From contig NC_134028.1 in NCBI RefSeq assembly GCF_964204645.1, positions 13,129,263 to 13,193,262 on the forward strand: a stretch of DNA of 64,000 nucleotides, written 5' to 3'. The notes beneath the pieces were generated by a model. The model was given only the letters and a program-made list of their open reading frames with translations, did no database searches and was not told the origin of the DNA. The translations under genes were made by a program, and so were the position numbers. Below, in pieces: positions 12,801 to 24,800 of this stretch; positions within the stretch are counted from its first letter, which is position 1, and every line of letters starts with the position of its first letter. Source of the DNA: Tubulanus polymorphus. Lineage: Eukaryota > Animalia > Nemertea.

Positions 12801-15800
12801 CTAAAGAAAAATTCGCATTTCTCTTCCATTCTGAATAAATTAATCGACAACAGCACTTGGACCAAATTTTGCGCTACTGATAATGTTGTCAATCTATCTT
12901 CGGCTAAATTAACCAAAACACAAATTCAAGTTCTCGGTTTAGGATTAAATTTCTCTCTCCCGCATAGAAAACAACACATTTTGGATTTCGTTGAACGTGT
13001 GGAAAGATCTCCTCCGGCTAGTTTTCAATACAATTTTATATTCATGAATTTGGACATCATTTGGAATACCCTTCAAGGTCAATCTAATCAGTTCTTTCCT
13101 CGGAGATTTTCGATTGCTCTCCAGGAACTTAAATCCATCAAAACCATCCGCATCTCCAAGGCTGATAAAGGCGGCAAAATTGTTATTCAAGATTTGATCA
13201 ATTACAATTCTAAAATGATTGCTATTCTCGGTGATTCCAATTTCTACAAATCCATCAAAAACAACCCTTTGAAAAAGATGCAATCAGCTTTTAATTTAGG
13301 TTTAAAAAACATCTCCAAGAAATTTCCTGACCATTCGGACTTCATCTCCAAATTTAACTCTCGACTTCCAAATCTTCCTTATGCTTATGGTCTTCCAAAA
13401 ATTCATAAACCCAATTCACCGTTAAGACCGATCATTTCTAATATCAATTCTCCATCATATCGGCTCTCCAAATATCTGGCTAAAGTACTCTCCCCGGCTT
13501 TGGGTACTTTTTCTGAAACGGGATTTGGTCATTTTGTTCCCATTCAAATATGAATTTCAAAGATGGATATTGAGAGTTGATGAAGTCAATAAAAGAGTTA
13601 AGATCAAAATCATCAGAAACTAAGCACAGAATGTCATCAACACATCCAATCCAAAAGTTAGGTTTAGAGCCAGCGTAATTTCGGAAGAATTTCGCATTCA
13701 AAATGTTCGAGGAAAAGATTAGCCAAAATGGGGGATAATGGGTTGCCCATAGCGAAACCGAAAATTTGTTCATAGATTTTGTCTTGGAATTGGAAGTATA
13801 GATTGGTTGTAAGGAGCTCCAAAAGTTCAAGTAAGCAATCTACAGGAACCGGGAGATCAAGATTGGAGTCGGGGAGTTTTCTTCTTAATAAATTGAGAGT
13901 TGGGTTCCGATGGTATATTTGTGAACAAGGATATAGCGTCGAAACATATAAATTTTTGGCCATTAGGTATGAGATTTTTGAGTTAGTCTAAAAGATCCAT
14001 ATTGTGCGGAATGTGAGAATCAGAAGAAGTACCCAGATCCGGGGAGTACTTTAGCCAGATATTTGGACGTAGTTTTTATTCGGAAGAAATCTTGTTTAAA
14101 AGTATTAGTTAAATATTTATGTACCCTGTGTTAAATCAGATGGAGAGGCCCGTGTACTTCTTCACAAAAATAGCATTTTGACCTTTCAAGGAGATCGGTG
14201 TGCAGCAAAGATATACGCGTTACCTCCGCTATGAGATTTTCAGGCAGGTGGGGAATTCGGGTCACTCGGGTCTATAGTCATGAACACTGTACTATAACGT
14301 CCAGACATCCATCTAAAAGAGTCCATGCTCATAGGTACCAGGTTTATAGTATCCAGGCAGCAGGCGAATCATTTGGGTCACCTGCAATGTACTATGACCA
14401 TAGAAATTTAGCACTGCTATGCTTTAACCAACCAACAGCTGATAGAGTTCATCAGAGCATCCAAACTTTAAATCTCCAGAAATCTATCTACTGTTTTATA
14501 TGCAGTGGATGCCATGTGTCCCTCTAATCGCCTGTATCAATGCAAACATTTAACACGTGTGGCGATTTAACTGCTAAATCTGCCAGCGATCACTCGATAC
14601 CGTTACTTTTCATAGTGATCTGTTGATATCTTAAAAGTGAGATTGAAACAAATCCTTCCCGGATAAAAGGAACACCTTTAACGGTCACCTAAAACATATT
14701 CATAGTCTTGGATAATTACATGCCACATAATCATTTTAGTTCAGGAATCGAAATGTTTGAAGCTCGGCTTAAAAATCCTCCGATATTTAACAAGTGTTTT
14801 AAAGAACACTGATATGTTTGATAACAGGGTCGAATGGCTTATTTTGAATTTGAACATTTCATCCAATTCCAAATTGGCTATATATTTCTAGGTTTCATAC
14901 TTTTTGAGACAGGATGAGACAGGTCACCTAAAACATATTCATAGTCTTGGATAATTACATGCCACATAATCATTTTAGTTCAGGAATCGAAATGTTTGAA
15001 GCTCGGCTTAAAAATCCTCCGATATTTAACAAGTGTTTTAAAGAACACTGATATGTTTGATAACAGGGTCGAATGGCTTATTTTGAATTTGAACATTTCA
15101 TCCAATTCCAAATTGGCTACATATTTCTAGGTTTCATACTTTTTGAGACAGGATGATTTGATATTGTTTTAATAATCAAGAGAAATCCCTCAAGAAAATC
15201 AAGACGCGGCGAATATATTTAAAGCAACGTTTCGCCTAAAAAATTGAAAAGCTATATTGTATTTCTAATATAACACATGTGCATGACCAGGCCTCATGAC
15301 AGATAGGCTACTACTCAACGGTGAAAGCCCTTAAATTCTGCTGACCTTTATTAATTTGTATTAGATAACAAACGTGTCTTAAGCAAGGGGACAAAACGCG
15401 GACAGCGATTTTATTGTCTGTATCAATAAAATACATGATTAAGCATATATAGCCTTGGTATTTTTTTGTGCAGAAGTGTGTTTGTTGTTTGAGCTAAATG
15501 GATGAATGCCATCTGTATAACTGAGCAATAATGTTTTAATGCGATAGAGCTACCCCTCCCTCTCCGTAACTTTCAATCAATCTACGGTCCTAAAACCGTT
15601 TCGTATCAATAGATACATTAGATGTAGATGTTGATTTAATTTCCGATAACAGAAACAATTAGTAGTCTTACTTTTGGGAAATTCAACTTAAGTCAGACTT
15701 TTCTAAGTCTGAGGATTTTTCTTAGTTCCAAACGATTCGACTTGTCACCGAATAACCAAGACCTCAATTCTTGTTATATCTTTGTGTTCATTTGTAAAAT

Positions 15801-18800
15801 CTTATGTACATATTCAAGCAAATCAAGGACTTCGATAAGAAACAGATTTTGAGAAAAACTGATTCTCATATTTGTCATCTGTGAGGGAAACGAGACATCA
15901 AGCCTAATTGCTGTTCTTGGTTCGACTCCGTTTTCATAGCCATTTAAAACATAGTAGTGCGCACACGGTAAATCGTAAACAGCCGTCTTACCGAGTCAAC
16001 AGGTCATTTTTTTAAACTCAAAATAAAATGTTGTTGGCCGCATTGCTCTTCCGGATCGATATTTGAATATTTATTCAAACAAAATATATATTTAACATAA
16101 AACCAGACAGGAGAAAGTTAGACACAATTGTGTATATATGTTGATATTTCCTCTGTTCACAAGTTTACAACTGCTTACATCTGTTTTTATAAATCATTTA
16201 AACCGTTGTTGACTCCTGACCATCCAACTTGAGTACGTCCACTAACAACCGTCTTGTTTGGTTCTCGCGTGGAAACCACGCATCCTTTTTTAGTCTATAT
16301 CTACTTGTTAAACTAGACACGACGTAATGATTGACAGTTCAGATAACAGTGTGTTGTTTTGCTGCTAGCGGAAAATTAGTCCATTGTAAATAATTTCTTG
16401 ATTCATAAAATACTAAATCACCCTAAAGTAAGGGAATATTCTCCCAACTGGACTCAATTTAAATTGTTTTGCACCATCATTGACCTCGAATAATGAATTC
16501 AATGTAATTTTATAACGCACTGAAAAATAACTTAAATATAGCGGTAAATTTCCGTCAATAAGATTTTATTAATTATGGTATTTCATTGAATTTCAACTGA
16601 ATTCAGCGAAGTTCAAACACCCTTCAACCTAGCAAGACAGCTATATCAGTGCGATTATACATTCCTCTGTCAGGAAGAGAATTTTGGTCAAGCCCATTTT
16701 CATGTATAGTCAATTAGCACACTGTCCTTTAAAACCAAGCAACATGTGATGCTCACAGTGTGCAGACTATTTTTGATCAGCGCGCTCAGTGACGTCACAC
16801 AGAGCTCCTAAACTATAATGATCAAAAAATTGAACTAAACTCAATGTATCGGTACAAATCCGAACATGTACACGGCCGGTATTTTACATTTGATACCAAA
16901 AACCCGTTCATGCAGCGCACAGACCGCACCAACCCGTGAAGTTTCGCCGTTAGTTTCTTATAGTAATCATTTGCTCGGACGAAACTTATTAAGTTAACAT
17001 TCTAATAGTGTGAATCCCTAGTTTTCGGAATTCTGACATTTTAGCAATCGTACGCATAAACGCTGCTTTCCAAATGAAATTTGGAATTTAAAGATAATTG
17101 TCGTTTTCTAATACGTGAATTTGAAACTGTCGTAGGTTATCACTATAATTGCTATAACATAATTAATTATCCTTCATGATTAAAAGCATAAATACAGTAT
17201 CGGGAAAGGAAACTAACTCCATCCTTTATATTTCAATTCATATTTTGACACAGAATAGCGAACAGTAGGACCTTCTCAAGACGAAATACAAACAGATTCT
17301 CTCTGTCGCCACATCTTCAAAATACTGTTTATTTATGGTCACATCCAATTGGCCAGTACTTCAAATACTGTAAAAACAACCGACTGGGGTTGGGCCAGTA
17401 ATCGCAAGCAAAGGTCATGCAGTAAACCGACCTAGGCTACAATATTGTAGCCTCGGTCAGTGTTTACAAAAAAAGTTGTGCAGTGAACCGACCTAGGTTA
17501 CAATATTGTAGCCTCGATCAGTGCTAACAGCTGAATCACACGTTCTATGCAAACCCGCACTGCTAGGTAACAAATTATCTATCATTCCTTTGACCGAAGC
17601 ATAACCGTTTTCTTTTTTCAGCTTTACAATTGATTCCATGAATTTAATAATTCCATTTTCGAATAATAATGTGTTGAACGTGAAATCTTTAGCCCGAACC
17701 TATGCACGTCACGTGATTAATGGCCGCCAGCGCGATAGCGCGAGGTGACTTTTTCGTATATTTGTTCGATTTTGAGCTTGTGAGCTCACCCATCGCGTGG
17801 ATTATACAAATAAATGAGATTAGCGTACAGGTATGACCGCGTAGTTTTAAAAAATGTATGGTTTGTTGGAGTTATCTCTTAGATCTCACATAGAAATCAT
17901 AGTTTGAAGTGAAAAAAACGGCCATTTTGCTGTCCACCATAGAATCGGTAGACCTCCATTTTGCGCTATCTCTCGTCAAAAAAAGGTGATTTCGTTGTGA
18001 GATAATTGTCGTAGAGTGGTGGTTAAAGGCTCGTTGGAAGCAGAAAGTATTCTAGGTTGTATTAAAGCTTATTTCATGTGAATCCATGATAATTTTTGGA
18101 ATTACAGTCGATTGAAATGGAGAAGTCATTGTCAGATTAACAATTTGTTGCCACCCTTGTTTTTTTATTATACAGAGATAGTGGATCTGGTCATTGATAT
18201 TGGTTTTATTCATTCACTATCAATTGTGACAAGTCCCTGTGGTCGATCGTTGCCCGCCGGCCCTCCAAAATCTCTGAAATGGCCTGCTGTGAAGGTGCAC
18301 TGCTGGGATCATCAAGAACGAGGACCCTAGACCAGTACTGCCCCCAACGAGTGATGCACGACAGCCTGGATATCGCTTCTGAGCTGACTACCCTGGCTTG
18401 GGTGGGGTGGGTACCCTGACCCTGGAAGGTCAAACACCATGCCACCATCAAGGCGATCGATGCCACCCAATTGGCAGGGGGCAGAGCCTGCACTACCTCC
18501 CAGCAAATCCTGTTGCGGGAGAGGTGTACCTCATGAACCCCTGGGTCTTATGTCTGGAGGATGTCTCACAAGGCGAGACACAAGCGAACTGGAGACGAAA
18601 GCCTTAACTCACATGGCCACTCTGTGGGCTCAAAGTTAGCACCATACGAAAGGGCTAGGATAAGAGAATGTGCCTCTACCATCGTCCTCAACCACTTGCC
18701 TTAACCTCGGCTGCTCGTCCACGAGAGTCCGTAAAGAACAAAGTCTGCGACCACGGCTTTCAGAAAGCCTAATGGACTCTTTAATTTTCTGATATTGTTC

Positions 18801-21800
18801 CGCCCTTGGGGCGCACCAATCGGAAAAGCGGAGTAGTGTGACCCAAGCAGGACCCGGAACAGCGAATTCTGGATCAGCTACGGGAGTTTAGAACTAAATC
18901 CATTTTATCTAGAAGGTCTTGCCGCTAATATATTACAGTGTTTTCAATAAGAGCCAGGTCCCGGGTCCCAGACCCCTCTGTTATTTTTTAAGGACCCACC
19001 TGTTTTTTCAAACCGGCTTTCGTTTCAGGGACTGTGACATATTATGGGACCCTCTTGTTTTTCCAAGGGAACTGGCTTCTTAATTTCTTACTAAAAATAC
19101 TGTATCGACGTGAGCCTTGATGACGAGACAAATAATATGAGGCCGACCTCTCCAGGGACTGGATTGCAATCCATAAACGCTGGAACACATGGCAAGTCAG
19201 ACATTCCCTATGTAGGAGGGACTGAAATTAATTCAGTTCTCTAATGAGTGTCATATCCTGGACATTACCAAATTAAAAGTAATGTTTTGGGAAAGCCCAG
19301 GAAAAGGCTCCCTGCCCTAGGCAACTTGATGCACTACACGGTAGAAAACCTGACAATCGGTTTAACAGATGCGTCAACCAAGCCAAGCATTCGGGCGAGA
19401 AAACGTAAGCAGTCTTGAACCCGAAAAGCCCAGAACCAGGCGGGGTTAAAAAAACTCAGTTGGGCGCTCCCGGCCACACAAGAGTTAGTCGATACGAGGC
19501 CACTGGATGCCACAGCAGAAGACTCGTGAAGGGAGTGAGAGCTCAGCGGAAAACGCGTATGAAGCTATGCACTCCGTCCGATCCATGGTCTTATAAGGCT
19601 GAGCACAGTGGAGCTTCCCGAGAACCCCTTGTATGAGGGAACAATGAGCCTATCCACAGGCACAAACTGTGCAGTGAATTGGCGACTGAACCCGAATGAC
19701 TGGTCAGTTGACCACTACTGGTGTACGGGCAGTCATCACCCCTGACTTACTACATTCGTTCAACAACGTTCCTTCGTTCGTACGCACTATGCGGGAAATG
19801 GAAGCGATGTCACCCTGAAACCAAACGAATGACAGGCCCCGAATCCAGGGAAAATAGTCTAGATCTTGGAGTCATGAACCATAAGTGCTGGTCCGGCCTG
19901 AAACCCCAAATCCTAACGAGTCGGGAAGAAATGGGCGGGTCAGCCATCTTCTGACTGGACCCGTGCTGGTCAGACTGAGACCTGGGAGTTGCTCTGTACA
20001 CCGAGCGACTGCTGACTGAAAGGCCTCCGGGCCAAATGCGCCGAGCCGCGCTGGATCCGGCTTATTTACCAAGAAAGAACACGGCGTGGGTTGAACACCG
20101 GTTCGATCCAACTCAGTAGTTTATCGAACTCAGCCGATGCTAAAGGTTTTCAGAGACAGGAGTGCCGGGGTTGTTGGTGGGCCCGACGACTCCGAAAAAC
20201 TCTGACATCACACGGGACAGTGCAGTAACCTTTCAGTCGGATGTCCCGTGGCAAAAAAAAAATGCCGGACTGCACCCTTTCCAGAGGTCGAACCGTGCTG
20301 GAAGGGGAGGAGGTACCGGACATTTCATAAGACCCGAGAGCCTAGCTATTACCGTCTCAGCATCTGACACTAACCGGTAGAGCCTATTACTGAAAATAAA
20401 ATATAAATAATTTCGCTGAAACAGGATAAATTCATTAAGGCCTAAAGCGGCTTCTTGCTTCTTGGCTGCCTTGGCTATCCTGACCAGTCTTCGGTCGGAC
20501 TGATACCTGGAGCTGGTTCCAAAATTCAGACGGTACCAATTCAGACACTTAGGCCTGATAAGCGCCAAAAGCTGAAAGGCAAGCAAATAATAGAACGTGC
20601 GAATGAAATGAAATTTAACGCGGATTGTGGTTTACTCGACCGAGAAGTAACCGCTTTGTGACGAACAGAAAGCGTGGCTAGGATCTGGAAATGGAGTGCT
20701 CCGGCCGCGACAATTTATGATTGAGTTTATTGGTGTATCACTAAAAGAAATCAAAATGGAACGAACTCACCGATGAAAACGGTTGAATAGCTCTGTCCTG
20801 ACCAATAATATAAACCAGATGCCTTTCAACCACATATAAAAATAACATTCTAAGCGGCAGCTCCCAAAAAACCGTACCAAAAATGGTGGCGCTAAGGAAG
20901 GAATTGAGTCACGTGGCGGCGCCACGGTACAGGGTACTCCATAAAATGTTTAGCGGTATAGTTCCCAAACTAAGGTAACTTCTAAAATGTGCCCCAAGTA
21001 ATGTATCGTGAAGGAAATATGGTTGCACAAAGAACGTTCACAAAAAGATATGCTTATACTGGGTAGAATGTGCAACTCTTTGTGATAGTTAATGTTTCAA
21101 AGATATGCACATGTGGGGAAGTTTATAATGCACCACAATCTGACATTTTCAAGGCCCTTAGTTAACTACAGAAACCAATGACCTTGAAACTCACCACAAT
21201 CATGGAACGTGACATGAGCTAAATTGCAATTGATTGTTGTAACAAAATATGCCAAGTTACCTAGGTACCTGAAACTCACCGCAATTATAGAAAATGTCAT
21301 GAGCTATAACCTAGCAATTACAAAATACGCAAACATACCAATATAAATGGTCAATTGTACATAATTCAACATTCAACTCTCCTGGTAGTGAGAACAATAC
21401 ATTGGGCAACCCTATAATCATAGGAGATATATAGTATGACGATATTAAGAAACATCAAGTATAAAGACTATATAATTCAAAACCTGTTGATATAATTTCC
21501 CTAAAAAACCCTTTTCCACCTGCGAATGAGGACTGATGAGAAGGAGTTGGTCTCCAATTACGTGACAATTCACAGACAGAACTAGGGGTCCAGGGACACC
21601 ATGCCCACTTGGGAAGTGGTTCCAAATGCTCAACAATCTATCAATTTCAATATTCAACGCCCCCTGGCAACCATATACAAAAACCAATGACCTTGAAACT
21701 CACCACAATCATAGAACATGTCAGCAGCTACGATTTTGTAATTGATTGTGATAACAAAATATGCCTCGTTACCAATTTGATATATGGAAATACTAAGTTA

Positions 21801-24800
21801 TTCTACTATTCAACGCCCCCTGGAGACCATATTCAACCTAATGACCTCAAAACTTACCACAATCATAGAACATGTCATGAACTACAACTTTGCAATTGAT
21901 CATGGTAACAAAATATGCCTAGGTACCAATATAATAAGGAAATACTAAGTTATTCTACTATTTAACGCCCCCTGGTGACCATATAGACAAACTAATGTCC
22001 TTAAAACTCACAACAATCATAGATGATGTCACGAGCTACAAATTTCCAATCGATTGTGGTTAGCAAATATGCATAGTTACGAATATAATAAAGAAATGCT
22101 AAGATATTGTATTATTCAACGCCCCTGGTGGCCATATACGAAATCTAATTACCTTGAAACAAACCACAATCATAGAAAATGTGATGAGCTACAACTTTCT
22201 AATTGATTGTGGTAGCAAAATACGCTTAGGTATCAATATAATGTGGAAAAACTTTTTCCCATTTACGAATGAGTACTGGTGACACCAAGATGGCCGCCAA
22301 TTGCGTCATAATTGGCTGCTGAAAAATACCTGTCTCAGGTATAAAACATCCCTTTCCAGAGAATACCTATCACAAATTGCAATGAGAAATGGCAAACCAG
22401 TAGGAAGCTACAGGACTAAGAATTCGGGCAAAAATTAACATTTTTGGGCACTAAAAAGGTCATAGGACGGCCATCTTGAGTCCGACCGACCCAATTTTTG
22501 TTATGTTGATGGGCCCTGGGGGGATTCACATATATCCGAAAGATCAAGGTAATTGATCGAAGCGTCTTCATAAATTTCCCTCAAAAAGTTCAAAAATGTG
22601 TAAAAAGTGCTGATTTTGGCGAACAACAATGGCTGCCAGTCGGCCATCTTGATTCTGACAGGGCCAGTTTTTGGGCTGAAGATGTGTCTAGGGTAGATAC
22701 ATGTGTAACCCAAATATCAAGACGTTACCTTGAAGCGTCTTCATAACTTCCCAAAATAACTGGATTCCGTCTACGGACGGACGAAAAGTGAACGCAATAG
22801 CCCGCTGGGACTAAAGTCCCAAGTGGGCTAAAAACATACCTGATGTGTTAAAGATCATTTTCTAAATAATACCTGTTACTAATTTGAAGTGAAAATGGCA
22901 AGCCATTAGGAAGCTACATGTTTTAGAATTTAGCTAAAGTTTACCTTTTTGGGCACAAAAAGGTTACTGGATGGCCATCTTGTGTTAAACCAATTATACA
23001 TATGCTGATGGGCCCTGGGGGATATACATATATATGGAAGATCAGGATAATTGCTCGAAAGGTCTTGAAAATTACCTTCAAAACTTCGAATATATACTAG
23101 AGCCTAGAGGGGCACAATGGCCAGCCTGTAATATTCTTTTTCTCATCAACTAGATATCAACAAAAATCAACGAGGCGTCTTCAAAACTTCCTGATACAGT
23201 GAACGTGTTAATTCTTAAGAAGACAAGAAAAATTTTTCATGACTGGTTTTATGATTAAGTCTGCAATGTGAGAAATAATTCATCGTATATGGATGGAATG
23301 AATTTGAATTCAGAGAACTGTTTTAATATTCTACTGGTCCTGGTAAGAATGGGCCTTACTTGCATTGATGGTTTATGGTACGTCACATATAAAACTAGTA
23401 ATATATGAGATATGTGAAGAAAATAAATACCTGATGACCAAATTCCTTAAATCCGGTTCTGGGTTCATATCTTGGCTGTTGTTGTGATTGGCAAGAGAAT
23501 GACTGAGGTTGAGGCGATTTTGAACTCTTGCCTTCAACAATCATTTTCTGAAACGGACATGGTGGTTTTTGAAGTTCCGATGCAGCGTTTCCAAGTGCAT
23601 GATACAGCCTATCCCTTAACACCAGCAAAGATGGCTATAAGAGAAGAGATAAAACTGAAAAAAACCATTAAGTTCAATCATTAACCAGAAAGAAACTTTC
23701 CATGATGGGTTTCTGTGTAATTGTTTCTGTTTCATTCACCGAAATCGCTGTCAAAAAGGCGATTCTCGATATAAATAGTAATGGGTTTTCCCCGCGGGAT
23801 ACCCGCTTTGGGAAAGGCACCTGAATCGATGCTACGAGTTCGAATCCCAATATTTAGACGTAATTTATTATTCTTTGAAATAAATTCTTAGAATTTCTAT
23901 TTATGATAGGATGTGCAGGTTTTGATTTGGTAATGATGTTAATAAAAGTTAACCTCTTAAGGTATTGTTTTCTATCTATTATTTGTGACGGATTAGTTTC
24001 GATGCTCCTCACAACCCGCCCCACCACGTGTCACTTATTCACGGACGCGCGGATTGTATCATTTGTAATAGGTCTACCACATGAAAGAGCTATGGCCTAC
24101 CGTAGAATAGTAGGGCCTACCGATCACGCTATGTGCGATGAAAGTAGTGTTTGAATAAAACAAATTTTTAATGAAATAAACATTATTTATCATAATTAAT
24201 CAATAGATCAGGTGCCGCCTAAATAATTGTTTGTTTCGTGAAATTTGTACAAAACTTTGCGACTTCGTCATGTCTTGTGACCCTGAAAATACTAGAAGAA
24301 TCATCGGTAAGCTTATAAAACGGCGAGGTCAACATAGTAACAACAACTTCGGGGATTGAAAAAAAAAACTCAAAAGAATTATTTTTATACTGATGAGTTA
24401 TACTGATGGGGAGTAGCGACCGTCATTGACACCGGTTATTTATCCATTCACTATCAAATGTGACGAGCCCAATAAATGATTGCGCATAGATTCGGCCTCT
24501 CAGCATTTAGCACAGCAGTTCCGAGAAGTGTTAAGACCGATCTAAAACCGGTGCTAGTACGATCAATATCTACAGGTATATACGTGTTCAGTATTACACA
24601 GCGAGTACCAGTATGTTGATCGAGCGTCGTCGTAGCAACGCGCTATACAGCGGCTTGAACTAGCGAGTAACGTTAATTATCTTTTAACCAAATTAGAGCA
24701 CTTATAACCATCGGAATCAAATATAAACCAAGCTGCACCATCTACATCAAGTAGAGAATACCTGTGTGAAATTACAGAATTGTCGGTCCACACAAACAGC

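Larger units (their letters stand above)
12062..14067 (+). mobile_element. Penelope-like retroelement, truncated and internally inverted
   Basis: Pseudo-LTR 12062-12378; ORF from 12420 with [41 protein letters not shown]; the RT core ([31 protein letters not shown]) is inverted at ~13517-14067. Confidence 0.9.
6027..18241. mobile_element. Large non-autonomous foldback-like DNA transposon with long TIRs and an 8-bp TSD (superfamily uncertain: P/Galileo-like or Zisupton/KDZ-like)
   Basis: Termini CACAGGGACTTGTCAC...GTGACAAGTCCCTGTG; TSD GTCGATCG at 6019-6026 and 18242-18249; imperfect TIRs 6027-~7010 and ~17420-18241. Confidence 0.88.
3225..21020 (-). mobile_element. Degenerate DIRS1-like tyrosine-recombinase retrotransposon (~5.6 kb without the 6027-18241 insertion)
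   Basis: Left ITR ~20895-21020 is the reverse complement of ~3270-3385. The ICR at 3441-3507 is complementary to both the left-ITR start and the 3' extension at 3225-3253. Decayed RT ([32 protein letters not shown]) reads across the removed insertion, and an RNase H-like VFT(D)AS.AG.GG remnant lies near 5350-5384. Confidence 0.8.

Noticed and set aside
21650-22240. CRISPR-like or regularly spaced repeats (also 55591-56426)
   Set aside because: Whole 140-150-bp units are repeated with no unique spacers, there are no cas genes, and the context is eukaryotic
23810-23850. tRNA-like GAGTTCGAATCCC B box
   Set aside because: No cloverleaf can be formed; at most a SINE remnant
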